64,000 nt of DNA from Bdellovibrionota bacterium (GTDB taxonomy: Bacteria > Bdellovibrionota > UBA2428). Under the pieces are notes generated by a model, which saw only the letters and a program-made list of their open reading frames with translations, searched no databases and was not told the origin of the DNA. A program made the translations under genes and the position numbers. The DNA lies in assembly GCA_964202055.1 (NCBI GenBank), contig CAXNGS010000005.1, positions 14,978 to 78,977 on the forward strand, in the 5' to 3' direction. This document shows, one piece after another, positions 8,589 through 18,096 of this stretch (positions within the stretch are counted from its first letter, which is position 1; each line of letters begins with the position of its first letter).

Positions 8589-11462
8589 ATGACGCCGTGC
8601 GGCAATATAGGTATACACTCCCCCAGATTGCTTTTTATGATGTCTTTAAAAAAACACACCAAAACCCTGATCCTAGCGTCCGCCATAAGTATTGGATATT
8701 TAAATACTAATACTGCATTTTCGGCCTCCAATCAGACCCAGGCTAGTGAGTCCTGCGAATCACCTCTTCGGCGTCCCCTGATGAGCCTCGGCCGGCAAAT
8801 TTTAAAGACCCGCTATCAAACCACAGTTCGGGGCTCGGATGTGTTTAATGGCCCTCAACAAGGCGTCTTGGTTTTAGCCAATCACCCTGGATTCATCGAT
8901 CCGGCGATCATGATCACTCAACTGGATCAGTTTATAAAAGTCCGGCCACTGATGAAAGAAAACGTGGCACGCCATCCAGTCACCAAAGCAGTCGCGCGCA
9001 TCACTCGCGCAGTTTTAATTCCCGACATGAGCGAAGAAGGTCGCGGCGGAGTTGCCGCCGCACAAGCCGCCGTGCAATCGGTGATCGATGCGTTGGCTCG
9101 TGGTGAAAATATTATTTTGTATCCGTCCGGCACTATCTATCGCCAGCAGAATGAAAAAATCGGAGCCAATTCAGCGGTCGACCGAATTTTGAAAGCCCTG
9201 CCCAAAACCAAAGTTGTGTTGGCTCGAAGCCGCGGAATTTGGGGAAGTTCTTTTAGCTTCGGGCTGACTGGCGAAAGCCCAGTTAAAAAACTTTTAACTC
9301 GCACGATTCCCAGGGCGATCATGTCGATCGTGAGTGGTGGAATTTTCTTTGCGCCCAAGCGTAAAGTGGAAATCGATTTTGTCGAAGCCAAAGACATGCC
9401 CCGCGATCAAGGAAGATTAGCGATCAATCGATACTTAGAAAAGTTTTACAACGAAGACGCTCCACCGGCCATGAAAGTCCCTTATTTTTGGTGGCAGGGA
9501 TCGACCCCAACCGTAGTCGAAAACAAAAAATCCACCGCGAGCAACGACCGCAGCGCGCTCTTGAGCAGCGTTGATCCAGAAACTCGCCGCGCGATTTACG
9601 AATTCATCACCCAAAAATTAGGCGATGCAAAAATCAGCGACGAAGATTTACTGGAAGCCAAACTAGGAATGGACAGCCTTTCCCGAGTGGAAATGTTGGT
9701 CTGGGTTGGTGAAACTTTTGGCCGCGAAGTTCCCGAGGCTTCAGAATTAAAAACCGTTGGCGATGTTTTGCTTGCGGCCGAAGGAAAGATTGCCTCGACC
9801 GGAACTGTCGAGCTGAAGCCAGTTAAAGCAAATTGGTTTTACAACGAATCACCGGACGCCAAACTCAGCGTCCCCGAAGGCGAAACCATTCCCGAGGTCT
9901 TCTTAGCCCAAGCCCGTCGCCACCCCAATCGCGCGGCAGTCGCCGATCAAATCAGCGGAGTCTTGACCTATCGTGATGTTGTCGGGCGAATCATGCTCTT
10001 AAAACCATTGATCGAAGAATTAGCCGGTGACAGCGACCGAATTGGCATCATGATGCCGGCATCGGTGAGCGCGACCGTGCTCACTCTTGCCGCCCAATTT
10101 GCAGGCAAAACTCCGGTGATGATCAACTTCACGGCCGGAAAAAACGGCGTGACCGAAGCCATTAAAACTTCGGGCATCACCAAAATCATCACCTCGCAAA
10201 CCTTGCTTGAAAAACTTAAAACTTCCGGACTCGAAATGACCGAACTCGACAAATATTTTTTCAAGCTCGAAGGGCTCAAAGACAGCAAATCTTTCAAACT
10301 TAAATTCATTCGCACCAAGATCGACAGCTATGGCCCCTGGGGATTACTCGACAGCTGGGCTCGTAAAAATAAAAAAGACGAAGCGGTAATTTTATTCACC
10401 AGTGGTTCGGAAAAAAATCCTAAGGGCGTGCCGCTCACTCACCAAAATCAGCTGGCCAACATTCGAGCGCTAGCTTGGATAGTGCCCTTCACTCAACAAG
10501 ATCGATTGATGGGAGTTTTACCGTCCTTCCATTCCTTTGGGTTAACCGTCACTCAAATGATGTCGATTTGTTTGGGGCTGCCCACCGTTTACTTTCCGAG
10601 CCCACTTGATGGCGAAAAAATTTCCGCCCACATCAATGCCTATGAGGCGACTTTGGTTCCAGGCACTCCGACATTTTTAGAAGGCATCGCGCGAGCCGCG
10701 GCTCGTGATCCGAAATTATTAGGCACCGTTCGAATGTGGATCACCGGCGCCGCCAAATGCGGCAACAATGTTTACCGCGCACTCGGAATGGTTTGCCCTC
10801 GATCCACCGTGATCGAAGGCTACGGCATCACCGAAACTAGCCCCGCTATTTCTATCAATCCTCCCAACAAACCCAAGCCCGGAACTCTTGGCCAAGTTTT
10901 GCCCGGCGTGAAACACGTAATCGTGGATCCAGAAACCATGGGCAAACGAGTTGATCGTGGCAGCCCAGGGCTTTTGCTGGTTCAAGGCAAAAACATCTTC
11001 AGCGGATATCTTGGGAGCTCTAGTGAAAATCCCTTCGTCGAGTTCGAGGGATCGCGCTGGTACAACACCGGAGACATCGTCAAAGAAGATGCTGATGGAT
11101 ATTTAGTGATGAGCGATCGCATGAGCCGATTCATCAAAGTGGGAGGCGAAAAAATTTCGCTGACCGCCATTGAATCGCCGCTGGTTGAAATGATGCAAAG
11201 TGAAATGGCCAGCTCGGAAGACACTGGACCCGCCGTTGCGGTTGAAGGCTTGGATGAAACCGAAGAAGGTAAAGCCGCAGTCAAGGTTGCCTTCAGCACC
11301 AAACCGCTCACGGTTGCTAAAGCCAATGAGGCGCTGAGGACCGCTGGTTTGAACGGGCTGTTCTTCATCACCGAAGTGGTTCAAGTTAAAGAGCTGCCAA
11401 TGCTCGGCAGCGGAAAAGTAGATTACAAAGCCTTGCGTCGTTCGCTTAAAGAACGGCGCTAA
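8589..11462 (+). CDS. Tri-domain lysophospholipid acyltransferase / acyl carrier domain / acyl-ACP synthetase (Aas-like)
   Basis: Three regions are recognisable: the PlsC-type acyltransferase box NHPGFIDP (H-x4-D), the phosphopantetheine site LGMDSLSRVEML, and the AMP-binding motifs LFTSGSEKNPKGVPLTHQN and YNTGDIVKEDADGYL..GRMSRFIKVGGEKIS. The true start may be the Met at 8637 (MMSLKK). Confidence 0.8.
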   Translation: MTPCGNIGIHSPRLLFMMSLKKHTKTLILASAISIGYLNTNTAFSASNQTQASESCESPLRRPLMSLGRQILKTRYQTTVRGSDVFNGPQQGVLVLANHPGFIDPAIMITQLDQFIKVRPLMKENVARHPVTKAVARITRAVLIPDMSEEGRGGVAAAQAAVQSVIDALARGENIILYPSGTIYRQQNEKIGANSAVDRILKALPKTKVVLARSRGIWGSSFSFGLTGESPVKKLLTRTIPRAIMSIVSGGIFFAPKRKVEIDFVEAKDMPRDQGRLAINRYLEKFYNEDAPPAMKVPYFWWQGSTPTVVENKKSTASNDRSALLSSVDPETRRAIYEFITQKLGDAKISDEDLLEAKLGMDSLSRVEMLVWVGETFGREVPEASELKTVGDVLLAAEGKIASTGTVELKPVKANWFYNESPDAKLSVPEGETIPEVFLAQARRHPNRAAVADQISGVLTYRDVVGRIMLLKPLIEELAGDSDRIGIMMPASVSATVLTLAAQFAGKTPVMINFTAGKNGVTEAIKTSGITKIITSQTLLEKLKTSGLEMTELDKYFFKLEGLKDSKSFKLKFIRTKIDSYGPWGLLDSWARKNKKDEAVILFTSGSEKNPKGVPLTHQNQLANIRALAWIVPFTQQDRLMGVLPSFHSFGLTVTQMMSICLGLPTVYFPSPLDGEKISAHINAYEATLVPGTPTFLEGIARAAARDPKLLGTVRMWITGAAKCGNNVYRALGMVCPRSTVIEGYGITETSPAISINPPNKPKPGTLGQVLPGVKHVIVDPETMGKRVDRGSPGLLLVQGKNIFSGYLGSSSENPFVEFEGSRWYNTGDIVKEDADGYLVMSDRMSRFIKVGGEKISLTAIESPLVEMMQSEMASSEDTGPAVAVEGLDETEEGKAAVKVAFSTKPLTVAKANEALRTAGLNGLFFITEVVQVKELPMLGSGKVDYKALRRSLKERR

Positions 11463-11466
11463 TTTT

Positions 11467-12408
11467 TTAAATTCCGCTGATCAGGGCATCCGAAGCAATG
11501 TCTTTGAAAGCTAACGACAATGATTTAATCAGTGGATCATTTCGGTTTTGATTGTGACAAGCGAGCCAAACTCGATAGCGCCAGAAGCCTTCCTTTGGAC
11601 CCATCACTTGCAATGATTTTTCGCGAACTTCGCGGGCCACATATAGCATCGGCAAAAATGCCATGCCGATTCCGTCAACCACCGATCGAACCACTGACGC
11701 CATCACGTCGCTTTCAAAAACGATTCGTCCCTTCAAATGATTTTCTTCGAAAAACTGATCGATTTCTGAGCGCAATTTGAAGCGACTCGACGGCATCAAC
11801 CACTGAGCGGATTCGCCCCCCTCTATGTTTTTAAGAGCCGCCAAAACATTTTGGGATTTAGTTTTTGATTTTAATTTCCAATCAATCGAACACGCCAAAG
11901 CAACCGGTCCCTCGGCTCTTTCCAAACTTTTTAACTCGGGATCAATGATCGCGACTTCCGTCACCAATGCGTCGATTTCTCGATGGCGAAGCTGTTCGAC
12001 CAGTTGATCGTGGCTGGCCGAAATCACCGAAACTTTGGGGCGCATGGCCAGGCCGTGGTTTTTTAAAAACAAACTAACGATTTCACTAACAAAAGCTCGG
12101 TCGACTTCGTTGGAAACCCCAATGTGAATTCGTCGTGATGCCGAAGGAACTTTTTTGGCAACTAACTCTTCCATCTCTTCCGAGATTTCAAACATTTGTT
12201 TGCAAAATCCGTAAACCACCGACCCTGCTTGGGTGAGCTGATTGTTCCTACCAACTTTTTGAAAGAGTCGAAGATCTAAACTTCCCTCGAGAACTTTTAA
12301 TTGACTGCTTAAGGAAGGCTGGCTGATTGAAAGATGTTTTGCGGCAGCATTAACGCCGCCCGACCGCGCCGTGATGTAGAAGTAATAGAGGTGGTTAAAG
12401 TTATACAT
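11467..12408 (-). CDS. LysR-family transcriptional regulator
   Basis: The N-terminal wHTH reads FNHLYYFYITARSGGVNAAAKHLSISQPSLSSQLKVLE, followed by a LysR substrate-binding-like C-terminal half. Confidence 0.85.
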   Translation of the reverse strand: MYNFNHLYYFYITARSGGVNAAAKHLSISQPSLSSQLKVLEGSLDLRLFQKVGRNNQLTQAGSVVYGFCKQMFEISEEMEELVAKKVPSASRRIHIGVSNEVDRAFVSEIVSLFLKNHGLAMRPKVSVISASHDQLVEQLRHREIDALVTEVAIIDPELKSLERAEGPVALACSIDWKLKSKTKSQNVLAALKNIEGGESAQWLMPSSRFKLRSEIDQFFEENHLKGRIVFESDVMASVVRSVVDGIGMAFLPMLYVAREVREKSLQVMGPKEGFWRYRVWLACHNQNRNDPLIKSLSLAFKDIASDALISGI

Positions 12409-12425
12409 ATATTAAACCTATACAT

Positions 12426-12444
12426 AGATATAATTATTATATCT
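12426..12444. promoter_or_regulatory. Putative LysR operator: perfect inverted repeat AGATATAAT-T-ATTATATCT inside ATAGATATAATTATTATATCTTT (T-N11-A type)
   Basis: The repeat is read directly. It sits 18 bp upstream of the lysR start and about 100 bp upstream of the divergent DUF1328 gene. Confidence 0.5.
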
Positions 12445-12540
12445 TTTCACTATATAAATAGTTCTTGTAGATTAAGTCCTATCGAAAGCCCTACCAGCAA
12501 TTCCGCTGCTAGGGATTCAACCCAATAAAGGAGACCTCCC

Positions 12541-12717
12541 ATGTTACGAGCGGCGCTTGGCTTTTTTGTCATTGGAATTTTAGCTTTTTTCTTAGGTGCA
12601 AACAATATCGGAGGGCTGTCCGTCGAGATTGGAAGGACCCTATTAAGCGTGTTCTTAATCCTCTCCGTCATCAGCATTGTCGCAAACTTATTTTTTAAAA
12701 AATCAATAAATCTTTAA
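12541..12717 (+). CDS. DUF1328 (UPF0391/YtjA-like) small membrane protein, 58 aa; absent from the supplied ORF track
   Basis: The ATG is preceded by AAAGGAG. The translation MLRAALGFFVIGILAFFLGANNIGGLSVEIGRTLLSVFLILSVISIVANLFFKKSINL matches the two-TM pattern with LGF.GG(I/L) typical of DUF1328. Confidence 0.7.
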   Translation: MLRAALGFFVIGILAFFLGANNIGGLSVEIGRTLLSVFLILSVISIVANLFFKKSINL

Positions 12718-12734
12718 CTCCAAAGGAATACAAA

Positions 12735-14081
12735 ATGAAACTAAACAACAAGATTAATTACCTAACCCTACAAACGCTCATCGCAACGACTTTCGTTGCC
12801 TGCAGCAGTGGCCCTCAAATTCAAGATTTTGAAGCAACCGCCAATCCCAACGACGAAGTCCAAAAGCTGGGAGCGGAAATGAAAGTTGCCACCGTAGAAG
12901 AATATGCAATTTTATCTCCTGAAAATTTTCAGCAAGCGCGCGACTCTTACAATGAAGCTAAAGAAAGCCTGAGTAAAAAAGATCAAGCCAAAGCCACCTT
13001 GCATTCAGTGGCCGAAAGCCGCGCTTACTTAGCTCGCTCTCGAGAATTTTCCAAAATTTCGCAAGAAAATCTTAAAGAAGTGCTCGGAGCTCGCGAACAA
13101 GCGATGCGAGCTAATGCCCCAAAACTTTTAAAAGAAGATTTTAAAGAATCAGAAGATAATCTTCGAGATCGCACCGAAAACATCGAAGACAACGATGTGA
13201 AAAGCGCGACCAAGAAAAGCAATGAATTGCAGCTGACTTATTTGGATTTGGAACTTCGTGCGATTAAGGAAAGCAACCTTAGTCACGCGAAAAGCACCAT
13301 CGAACAAGCCCGCAAAGAGGGCGCTAAAGAACTTGCACCCATTAGCTTGGCTAAAGCTGAAAAAAGCGTGCAAGACACCGATGCTTTTATCACCGCCAAT
13401 CGACATGAAGTGGCACAAATTAGTAGTCGCTTTCACGAAACTAGCGACAGTGCAGATCATTTGCTGAAAATCACTCGTCGAGCAAAATCCGGCGGACAAA
13501 ACACTGCAGAAGTTTCAGCGCTAAAACTTGAAGGCGAGCAAATGAAAGTTGCTGACACTCAAAATCAACTTGACGCTAAACACGATCAAGTCATTCAAGG
13601 ACAAAACGAAATTTTAGGTCTTCAAACAGAGCAAGCTCTCACCCAGCGCTTCGAAAATGCTCGCAGCCAATTCAACCCCAACGAAGCGGAAGTTTACAAG
13701 CAGGGCAACTCGCTAATGATTCGACTGAAGACTCTTCAATTTCCAGTCGCCCAAGCAGTTTTAACCGGCGCCAATTTTCCCCTGTTAGCCAAGGTTCAAA
13801 AAATCATTAAAGATTTTGGAAAAGGCTCGGCCGTAGTCCAAGGACACACCGATTCTAATGGAGGAAAAGTATTAAACTCTAAACTTTCTTCGGAAAGAGC
13901 TTCAGCCGTGCGCGAATATTTGATGGCCAATAGCAACGGCCAAGAAATCGATATCAAAGCCATCGGCTATGACTATCAAAAACCATTGGCCACCAACAAA
14001 ACTGCGGCGGGTCGCGCACAAAACCGTCGAGTTGACATCGTGATTCAACCTAATGACGAAACCAAAACCTACACAAACTAA
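12735..14081 (+). CDS. OmpA-family lipoprotein with long coiled-coil N-terminal region
   Basis: It has a lipobox (LIATTFVACSS), a coiled coil of about 300 aa, and a C-terminal OmpA-like domain (VVQGHTDSNGG...LSSERASAVREYL...NRRVDIVI). Confidence 0.8.
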   Translation: MKLNNKINYLTLQTLIATTFVACSSGPQIQDFEATANPNDEVQKLGAEMKVATVEEYAILSPENFQQARDSYNEAKESLSKKDQAKATLHSVAESRAYLARSREFSKISQENLKEVLGAREQAMRANAPKLLKEDFKESEDNLRDRTENIEDNDVKSATKKSNELQLTYLDLELRAIKESNLSHAKSTIEQARKEGAKELAPISLAKAEKSVQDTDAFITANRHEVAQISSRFHETSDSADHLLKITRRAKSGGQNTAEVSALKLEGEQMKVADTQNQLDAKHDQVIQGQNEILGLQTEQALTQRFENARSQFNPNEAEVYKQGNSLMIRLKTLQFPVAQAVLTGANFPLLAKVQKIIKDFGKGSAVVQGHTDSNGGKVLNSKLSSERASAVREYLMANSNGQEIDIKAIGYDYQKPLATNKTAAGRAQNRRVDIVIQPNDETKTYTN

Positions 14082-14092
14082 AGGAAAATTTT

Positions 14093-14734
14093 ATGAAAAA
14101 AAATTATAAGAGCAAAATTGTACTTAGCCTAGCAACCCTTCTCAGCAGCAGCCCTCTCGTGGCCCGATCGGCGGATTCATTAGGAATATCGCTAGGACTG
14201 GTGGGAGTCGCCAACATTCAAAGCCCCAGCATCGAACACAACAGCGCGTCGACTTCACTTGATGGCCAGACCACCTTTGGTGGAGGTCTTACCACTGAGT
14301 TCTATCTCCAAGCGGGCTTAAGCCTTGAGGCCGATCTGCTTTATCTACAACATGAGTTCAACCAAAAGACTGCCGAGTTTTTTGGCAGCAGCATCACCAG
14401 CACATTTAGCAGCGGTCACTTGCAAATTCCGGTTCTAATTCGCTATCGCCCGATTCCGTTTTTAAGCCTGGGAATTGGACCCTACTACAGTCGAGTTTTA
14501 ACCAGCTGGACAGTTTCGGCCTCGGGTCAGAATTCTACGACTACTAATTTTGGAAAAAATGATTACGGCGCACTGGCCGCGGTCGGGACGTCAATTCCGA
14601 TCACCGGTGGACTTTCAGCATCTGCGGACATCCGATACACCCGCAGCTTTTCTGAAACCGCCCGAAGCTCTGGAGATGCAGTCAAATTCTCAAATCTTCA
14701 AATCATGGCAGGCCTAAGATTCGAAACGCTCTAA
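14093..14734 (+). CDS. Small outer-membrane beta-barrel protein
   Basis: It has a signal peptide, Gly/Ser/Thr-rich amphipathic strands, and ends AGLRFETL. Confidence 0.65.
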   Translation: MKKNYKSKIVLSLATLLSSSPLVARSADSLGISLGLVGVANIQSPSIEHNSASTSLDGQTTFGGGLTTEFYLQAGLSLEADLLYLQHEFNQKTAEFFGSSITSTFSSGHLQIPVLIRYRPIPFLSLGIGPYYSRVLTSWTVSASGQNSTTTNFGKNDYGALAAVGTSIPITGGLSASADIRYTRSFSETARSSGDAVKFSNLQIMAGLRFETL

Positions 14735-14773
14735 CCAAAAACAGCTCTCAGCAAACACAGGAGATTAATTTTT

Positions 14774-15121
14774 ATGGAAACAAAAATGATTGAAAAAAAC
14801 TGGACTGAACTTAAAGGCAAAATTAAAGCACGATGGAGTCGCTTCAATGACGAAGAAATCGAAAGCCTTAAAGGCGACATCAGCCAACTAACCGCCAAAA
14901 TTCAAAAGACCTATAGCTTGGCGAAAGTTGAAGCCGATCGTCAATTTGAAGATTTTAAAAAGACTGTTGCCTCTTTGATTTCCAAAGAAGAAACACCCGA
15001 AGTAAAACCGACCGGCCCCACCATGGCTGAATCAAACATTGCGCCGCCCGAACTAGTCATGGGAAGTAAAACCGCGGAGCAACAAAAAAGTAATGTATCT
15101 CAAGCGAAATCCAGCAAATAA
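14774..15121 (+). CDS. CsbD-family general stress protein
   Basis: WTELKGKIKARWSRFNDEEIESLKGDISQLTAKIQKTYS fits the CsbD pattern. An AGGAG ribosome-binding site is present. Confidence 0.75.
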   Translation: METKMIEKNWTELKGKIKARWSRFNDEEIESLKGDISQLTAKIQKTYSLAKVEADRQFEDFKKTVASLISKEETPEVKPTGPTMAESNIAPPELVMGSKTAEQQKSNVSQAKSSK

Positions 15122-15157
15122 CAAAGCATCAACAACAAATTTCTAAGGAGAACTATT

Positions 15158-15505
15158 ATGGAAAATTTAAATTCAAATACCCGCGACTATTCAAACAACA
15201 GCAAAAACCAAGTCGATAAGCACGTCGACAAGTTGGGCGAAAAAATTGTGAGCGGCGCAAACCAAGCGGCTGACAAATTAGACGGATTAGCCCACTCGGC
15301 AAAGGATGCCTTTGAAAACGCATCTAGTAGTTTTTCAAAAGGCTACGGCCGTGCTTCCAAAGAAGTGAAACGAATGAGTTCACAATTCGAAGGGGCCATC
15401 AATGAAAACCCCCTGGTCGCCATCGGCGTTGCCGCAGGATTGGGCTGGGCTTTAGGCCGCTATTTATCCAGCCGCTCTTCAGCGACTGCACGCCGTTCTA
15501 TTTAA
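15158..15505 (+). CDS. DUF883 (ElaB/YqjD-like) membrane-anchored stress protein
   Basis: The C-terminal anchor is PLVAIGVAAGLGWALGRYLSSR, and the N-terminal region is of the ...AADKLDGLAHSAKDAFE type. Confidence 0.7.
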   Translation: MENLNSNTRDYSNNSKNQVDKHVDKLGEKIVSGANQAADKLDGLAHSAKDAFENASSSFSKGYGRASKEVKRMSSQFEGAINENPLVAIGVAAGLGWALGRYLSSRSSATARRSI

Positions 15506-15532
15506 AAATTTAAAAAACAAAGGAAGCTTAAA

Positions 15533-16078
15533 ATGAAAACGAAATTCTTGATGAATTCAAAAATTTGGTTGGTCGCGGCCTCTATGATCGCCGCGGCTTC
15601 GCTCAACCAGCCAGCCCAGGGAGCGGACCATCCGCTCCGGCTGGGTCCGGACACCACAATTTCTTATGATGCAAACCGCTCAGAACTCAGCACTGCATCC
15701 AAAGAAAAACTTGTGCGACTTGTGAACGATGCCAAGGCGAACGGCCAAATTGATGAAATTCAAATTGCCGTTTGGTCTGACAATCCGGTGCCCCAGGAAG
15801 GAACTCAACTTTCCAAAGCCGATCAAAAATTGGCCAATAGGCGCGAAGTTCAACTTTCACGATACTTGAAAAAGAATCTGGGCATCACCCAATTCAATAC
15901 TTACAACATGGCAGAACGGGCTTCATGGTTGTCGCGCTCCTTAAATTTGGACGATGCCAAACTTAAATCCGAAATCACCCATGGATCCAATCAACCAATG
16001 TCCAAGGAAGCCTTTAAGATTTTCAGAGATAACGGCCAAGCTTCGCGCGCCGTTGTTCTGGTGATCATGAAACAATAA
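15533..16078 (+). CDS. Secreted hypothetical protein with degenerate OmpA-like C-terminal region
   Basis: It has a signal peptide. LSTASKEKLVRLVNDAK...IAVWSD...LANRREVQLSRYLKKNLG resembles an OmpA-like fold but lacks the peptidoglycan-binding TD/R residues. Confidence 0.5.
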   Translation: MKTKFLMNSKIWLVAASMIAAASLNQPAQGADHPLRLGPDTTISYDANRSELSTASKEKLVRLVNDAKANGQIDEIQIAVWSDNPVPQEGTQLSKADQKLANRREVQLSRYLKKNLGITQFNTYNMAERASWLSRSLNLDDAKLKSEITHGSNQPMSKEAFKIFRDNGQASRAVVLVIMKQ

Positions 16079-16119
16079 TCGCAACCGCCCATAACAAAGA
16101 AAGCCAATAGGACGATCCG

Positions 16120-16692
16120 ATGAAAATCAAAGAAGAAGTGATCCGCAACACCAAGCAACTGGCCGAAGGCGCTATCGGACTGGCGCGAAGCCAGTTTCGT
16201 GGAGCGCTCGAAACAGCGGCACGTCAAAGCATCACCACCGCGATTGTTCTTCTCTCGTCTCTATTGGCAACACTTTGGATCACCGTCACAACAACCATTT
16301 GGATTGCTCAATTCTGGGGATCTCAGATGGCTTCGCTTGCAATGGCGGGGTTTGTCAGTCTTGTTGCCGCGACCCTTGCATGGGCCAATCACCTCCCTAA
16401 AAAAATTAAAGCCCCGAGCGATGACCTCGGCGGATTAGAATCGAAAGTTCAAGCATCCGGACGTCTTACAATGAATGGCTCTAGTGAATATTACAGACAA
16501 TTAATTGTTCAAGCGGGCGACAATCTCGCAGAAGTTCCAGGCGAAATTAAAGAAGTTGCAGCCGCCGCAATGGATCCAACATCACTGGCTCTTGTCGTCT
16601 TCAATCGAAACCCGATGACCTGCGTATTCACAGCCGCGGCCCTTGGCCTCTATATAGGGCGGCGTCCTCCACCTCTAAACTTATCAAACTAA
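16120..16692 (+). CDS. YqjE-like inner membrane protein (holin-X/Phage_holin_3_6 superfamily)
   Basis: It has two TM helices (ITTAIVLLSSLLATLWITV..; LAMAGFVSLVAATLAWA). Its position after an ElaB/YqjD-like gene mirrors the E. coli yqjD-yqjE order. Confidence 0.5.
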   Translation: MKIKEEVIRNTKQLAEGAIGLARSQFRGALETAARQSITTAIVLLSSLLATLWITVTTTIWIAQFWGSQMASLAMAGFVSLVAATLAWANHLPKKIKAPSDDLGGLESKVQASGRLTMNGSSEYYRQLIVQAGDNLAEVPGEIKEVAAAAMDPTSLALVVFNRNPMTCVFTAAALGLYIGRRPPPLNLSN

Positions 16693-16714
16693 TTTTTCAA
16701 ACAAAGGAGCTCCC

Positions 16715-17071
16715 ATGATGAATCATGATCCAAAAAGTCCAAGCAACCCAACCTCCAAACCTGAAAACATCGGAGATCAATTTGAAACATCTCTTAAAAA
16801 TATAATTGATCAACGCCCACTTCTTAGTTTTTTTTCTGCGGTGGGAATCGGAATGATGATCGGCGCTTCTACAGATCCAAAGCCCAAAAAAGAATGGCTG
16901 CTCTCGGTAGGAAAAAAAATCTTGGAGACTCCCGAGCATTTAGTGGAAAGAGTGGTCGAAGGCGCGCTGCTTTCGGTTTTAATGTCTGCAGCTCTTTCCG
17001 TAGTGGGCGAGCAGTATCTGTCTCAGTCCAACCCCAGCACTGACCCCTTAAGAAACAAGACCTATAGCTAG
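16715..17071 (+). CDS. Small membrane protein, hypothetical (YqjK-position)
   Basis: It has a strong ribosome-binding site (AAAGGAG), a TM segment LLSFFSAVGIGMMIGA and a second hydrophobic segment. Confidence 0.5.
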   Translation: MMNHDPKSPSNPTSKPENIGDQFETSLKNIIDQRPLLSFFSAVGIGMMIGASTDPKPKKEWLLSVGKKILETPEHLVERVVEGALLSVLMSAALSVVGEQYLSQSNPSTDPLRNKTYS

Positions 17072-17165
17072 GTATTTACTGGATCCGCGAGTAGGGTATC
17101 TCCCCATTTCTATGAACTAGCAATTCAGTTAAAGTCATCAAACAAAGAATGGAGGACCCTTAAAG

Positions 17166-17399
17166 ATGTCTTCGTATTTAAATGAAATGACTATGAATTC
17201 TCAGTGCTGGGCCAAAACCCGAGGCAGAATTCACGCTCGCTGGTCGATGCTTTCAGACGATCAAATTGATTCGGTCAGAAACAATTTGAGTTTATTGAAA
17301 GTCGAACTTCGCAACTCCTATGGTTACACCCAAGATTTAGCCAAAGACGAATACCGAGATTTTCTCGGCTTCAACAATTTAAGCGCCACCGCTAAATAA
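17166..17399 (+). CDS. CsbD-family general stress protein (second copy)
   Basis: WAKTRGRIHARWSMLSDDQIDSVRNNLSLLKVELRNSYGYT fits the CsbD pattern. A GGAGG ribosome-binding site is present. Confidence 0.7.
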   Translation: MSSYLNEMTMNSQCWAKTRGRIHARWSMLSDDQIDSVRNNLSLLKVELRNSYGYTQDLAKDEYRDFLGFNNLSATAK

Positions 17400-17511
17400 A
17401 AAGCTAATTTGAAGCGACTAAATTTAGGCCCTACCTGACAAGATATTAAGCAATTTTTTTCGCACCTTTGTATATAAATACTGAGAAAACGAGATTAAAA
17501 GCTGCGAAGTA

Positions 17512-18096
17512 GTGAAAAATAATCAATTGAAAATTAAATTATTAAATCAACTTCTCGCATTCCTGCTTTTCTTGAGCCTTCCGATTGTTTCACAGTCGGC
17601 ATTCATCCCCTTTATTCCAAATTCAGGACAAGTAACTCTTTCAGTCGGGGAGGGTACATATTTTGGAGAGGGAACAAGCAACTACAATTTTCTCGCACCG
17701 AAATTCGGACTGGACCAACAATGGAAAATAGATGCAACCTACAACCTGGGTCTTGCATTTGACGCTTCAGTTTTTACAACGAAAACGGACGGAGACAGCG
17801 GCGTAAGCATTTTATTTGGACCAACGGGACGAATGTATTTTCAGGGATTCGACCAAAAGTTCTATATGGATGGAATTGTCGGCTACACGTTTCAACTAAC
17901 TACAACTGAAACAAGCTCTTCAGGCTTAGGGACAGGATTGGGTTTCGGATACGAATTTCTTGTTAAAGAGGGATTTCTCGACATCACAGGCCCATTTCAG
18001 ATTGCACCCCATTTGGGCTATCGAATTTTCTTCTTCAAAAAACATCCTCTTCAAGCCGTGGCCTTGAGCTTGAACCTAAAGTTCAGTTCATTTTGA
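17512..18096 (+). CDS. Secreted/outer-membrane beta-barrel-like hypothetical protein
   Basis: It has a signal peptide, Gly/Tyr/Phe-rich strands and a C-terminal ...LNLKFSSF. Confidence 0.55.
   Translation: MKNNQLKIKLLNQLLAFLLFLSLPIVSQSAFIPFIPNSGQVTLSVGEGTYFGEGTSNYNFLAPKFGLDQQWKIDATYNLGLAFDASVFTTKTDGDSGVSILFGPTGRMYFQGFDQKFYMDGIVGYTFQLTTTETSSSGLGTGLGFGYEFLVKEGFLDITGPFQIAPHLGYRIFFFKKHPLQAVALSLNLKFSSF

Noticed and set aside
12450-12677. 75-aa minus-strand ORF in the lysR-stress island spacer
   Set aside because: It is antisense to a much better supported DUF1328 gene (strong ribosome-binding site, family-typical two-TM sequence) on the plus strand.
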